A stretch of DNA of 62,092 nt, counting the filler. It is 3 parts of 3 records of this genome, joined end to end, with 100 filler letters (N's around TTAATTAATTAA, not from the genome) between each part and the next. Parts side by side here need not be neighbours in the genome. Positions count along the whole stretch, not along the records: positions 42,897 to 62,092 come from SRR20825010_3296; 2 more parts are not named here. The stretch is one strand, 5' to 3'. The position numbers and the translations under genes were made by a program. Position 1 is the stretch's first letter. Every line of letters starts with the position of its first letter. The notes beneath the pieces are model-generated. The model was not told the origin of the DNA. It saw only the letters and a list, made by a program, of their open reading frames with translations, and did no database searches. Shown here piece after piece: positions 59,669-62,092 of this stretch.

Positions 59669-60937
59669 CTAGGACAGCTGTTCCTGCGGCACCTCCTGGC
59701 TTGAGCCTGACTCTACCGCCTCATATTTATCCTCAGAACGGGCAATCACCGAAGTGCACACCAGATCCCCGGTGACGTTCATCGCCGTGGCCCCCATACC
59801 CACAAGGGCATCGATGGACACCAGCAGCGCTACGGTTTCAATGGGCAGGCCCACCTGGGCAAACACCGTAGCAATCATCACGATACCCGCACCCGGCACA
59901 CCGGCCGTACCGATAGAGGCCAGAGTGCCGATCAGAACGATTTCCAGCATGGTGACAAAGTCCAGGGGCACCCCGATCACATTGGCCGCAAAGGCTGCAG
60001 AAATCGCAATGCGGATGCCGGCTCCGTCCATGTTGATGGTCGCGCCCAGCGGCAGGCTGAAGCCATAGATACTCTGGGGAACACCCAAACGCCGAGCCGC
60101 GTTCAGGGTCAGGGGCAGCGTCCCGGAGCTGCTCTGGGTGGCAAAGGCCGTGGCGACCGGAGCCCGGGCCTCACGAACAAAGTCCATAAGGTTAACGCCA
60201 TTTAGACGCATAAGAACCCCGTAGACCACCAGCTGTACCGCCAGGGCGATGTACAACACCATGACCATATCCCCGAGGGCCAGTATCGTGTTCATGCCCT
60301 GCTCACCTGCAGTGCTGGCCACAATCGCAAACACACCAATCGGAACATACTGGAGCACCCCGGCCATCACCTTCATGGTGACCTCATTCAGGCCAGATAC
60401 CACACCATACACTCGCTCAGCGACTTCGCCGTGAGCCTTTGACTCCCGCAGCTTCAACAGTGCAATACCAAAAACAATCGCGGTGAAGATAATCCCCAGC
60501 AGGTTCGGCTCGGCGAATGCCTCAACCATGTTGGTGGGAACAATGTTCAGAAGTACCTGGATAAAGCCCGGATTCTCCGGCACTTCGACACTTTCCGAAG
60601 ACGTCAATTCCAGGCCACTGCCAGGCGAGAAAGCAGACGCTACACCCAGCCCCACCGTGATCGCCAACGCCGAAGTCAGCACATAGAAGCCCAGCATCTT
60701 CCGGCCCACACGCCCCATACTGCCAAGATTGGCCTGATTGATTCCCACCATCAGGGTTAACAGGACAATCGGCACAACCAGGAACTTCAGCAACCGAAGC
60801 AGCAGTTCTCCCAGAGGGTCCAGCCATTCGGCCACCGCTGGCCCGCCCACCAGTCCTACAACCAGACCAAGAACAAGCGCAATACCAATGCGCAGCACCA
60901 GCGAAGTATTCAGATAGGCATCAAGTACAGCTTTCAT
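59669..60937 (-). CDS. Dicarboxylate/amino acid:cation symporter (DAACS/SLC1)
   Basis: TQSSSGTLP, GATINMDG, GTAGVPG, TAMNVTGD. Confidence 0.93.
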   Translation of the reverse strand: MKAVLDAYLNTSLVLRIGIALVLGLVVGLVGGPAVAEWLDPLGELLLRLLKFLVVPIVLLTLMVGINQANLGSMGRVGRKMLGFYVLTSALAITVGLGVASAFSPGSGLELTSSESVEVPENPGFIQVLLNIVPTNMVEAFAEPNLLGIIFTAIVFGIALLKLRESKAHGEVAERVYGVVSGLNEVTMKVMAGVLQYVPIGVFAIVASTAGEQGMNTILALGDMVMVLYIALAVQLVVYGVLMRLNGVNLMDFVREARAPVATAFATQSSSGTLPLTLNAARRLGVPQSIYGFSLPLGATINMDGAGIRIAISAAFAANVIGVPLDFVTMLEIVLIGTLASIGTAGVPGAGIVMIATVFAQVGLPIETVALLVSIDALVGMGATAMNVTGDLVCTSVIARSEDKYEAVESGSSQEVPQEQLS

Positions 60938-61045
60938 GGAGGCTCCCGTTATACCCTGGCCCGTTAGTGAGCAGGCATTCAAAAACGTAAGGGCGAGGAT
61001 TCTGGTCAGTACCGGCTCGTTGGTAAACCGGTATTGCCACGTACT

Positions 61046-61120
61046 TTACTCACAGAAGCTGTGGATAAGTTTGTTGGAAACCTAGGGTTAAATACCCATA
61101 AGCCTTGTGCCACAAGGCTT
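61046..61120. promoter_or_regulatory. DnaA-box-like inverted pair plus perfect palindrome
   Basis: TTACTCACA (61046-54) / TGTGGATAA (61060-68, reverse complement of TTATCCACA); AAGCCTTGTG-C-CACAAGGCTT (61100-61120). Confidence 0.5.
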
Positions 61121-61228
61121 CGGGGAATCTGGTGCAATTATGGGCTATACGCGGGTGGTATATGGATATGAAGAATCCGTCTCAGCAGGGGGAGCCTGTT
61201 CCGGTTTTCCGTTTAGGCGAGGCTTTTT

Positions 61229-61852
61229 CTACCAAGCTTCTAGCTCTCTCCCAACGTCCCGATAGAACTCTTGATTCCGCGATTCCAGAAACTCAGCGAA
61301 TTCAAAAGCATCAAAGCCGTGGAAATCCTTTTCTGGACTATCAATCGGCAACCCCGGATCCGCCCCAAGCTTTAGCAGTGCGCGGAGATAGTCAGTATCG
61401 GCGTACAGTAATGCCTCATGCACCGGTGTGAACCCATTGTAATAGCCGTTAACAGGCTCGCCCCTTGCCGCAAAATGTCGAAGCAGCTCGTAACCACGGC
61501 GCTTCATGATAGAGCCACTATCGTGCCTATCCAACGACGCGCCAACGAAATTGACCAGCGGTTGCGAACAGCCGCTCATCGCGCTCGTCACTTTACCGCA
61601 GCGTTCATACGGCCAGTCGAAACGCGTCAGAAGCCAATAGGCCGCTGCAGGCCGGATTGCCAGGCTATCGGAATCGAAAGGGCTCCAGGGCATTTCCTCA
61701 GGATCAAGAAGCGCAATGATGGTCAGGCCCCAAGCATCGGAACCAAAAACCCAGGTGCGATAGATCATTGGGAATAAAGTCAGGGTAATGGCCAGCACCA
61801 CGCCGCCAATAGTGAATGCCTTTTTGTGGCTCAGAAAATATGTAATAAGCAC
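61229..61852 (-). CDS. Hypothetical membrane-anchored protein with ankyrin-like repeat
   Basis: GGAGGAG RBS, GTG start, N-terminal TM, GFTPVHEAL...ALLKLGADP. Confidence 0.7.
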   Translation of the reverse strand: MLITYFLSHKKAFTIGGVVLAITLTLFPMIYRTWVFGSDAWGLTIIALLDPEEMPWSPFDSDSLAIRPAAAYWLLTRFDWPYERCGKVTSAMSGCSQPLVNFVGASLDRHDSGSIMKRRGYELLRHFAARGEPVNGYYNGFTPVHEALLYADTDYLRALLKLGADPGLPIDSPEKDFHGFDAFEFAEFLESRNQEFYRDVGRELEAW

Positions 61853-62092
61853 GTCGCTCCTCCGTGAGCTGTGAGAGATAGGTTTTTACTCCCTTAATAT
61901 TCCGAAGCTTTCCTTTATAAAAGCAGTCCAACTATCAAAAGAACGACAAAGCACCCGTACAGCAGCAACGGCGGCAGCAATGCCCATAAGGTCAATCGAA
62001 CAGGCAATCGAGTTGATATATCCCCAATATGCGCAGCTGAGCGATTCAGCCGGCTAGAGGGCACAGACCGAAGCACAAGAAACGTAAACACG

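Noticed and set aside
1-62092. CRISPR arrays, cas genes, transposases, integrases, prophage genes, rRNA
   Set aside because: No regularly spaced repeats or recognisable motifs for these were seen on reading; a weak or diverged signal could be missed without tools.

Overview
The window is three unrelated contigs joined by two artificial 100-nt linkers (44 N + TTAATTAATTAA + 44 N, at 15294-15393 and 42797-42896). Taxon calls below are by gene content and sequence style only. Contig A (1-15293, marine Gammaproteobacterium, Alcanivorax-like) carries pstSCAB-phoU, arsR-arsC-acr3-arsH, a DUF1611 + PLP-racemase pair, yaeQ, a GDT1/TMEM165 transporter behind a yybP-ykoY riboswitch, slyX, a TM2 protein and the pilU 3' end. 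Contig B (15394-42796, Planctomycete, Rhodopirellula-like) carries ppdK (partial), a CCA-adding enzyme, a PVC-type CxxCH haem protein, a ligase-associated exonuclease, an SdpA/SdpB(HTTM)-like pair, tgt, a TPR + tandem RNAP alpha-CTD protein and tRNA-Thr(CGT). Its most notable locus is a 77-aa acidic, probably disordered ORF ending ...HHDGE immediately upstream of a PafA-family (Pup-ligase) homologue with a hydrophobic insertion, followed by three large membrane/secreted coiled-coil genes. This is a candidate membrane-associated Pup/UBact-like conjugation system with no proteasome genes in the window. Contig C (42897-62092, Marinobacter-like) carries mscS (partial), a 663-aa hypothetical with an apparent papain-like Cys-His-Asn triad, an SDR/ferritin-like diiron/flavin-monooxygenase cluster, slyD, an Hpt-REC-REC-degenerate GGDEF/EAL regulator, radD, lipoproteins, an M28 aminopeptidase and a DAACS symporter, plus decayed remnants (phosphoesterase, second slyD, higBA). 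All calls come from motif recognition by eye; no database searches were run.
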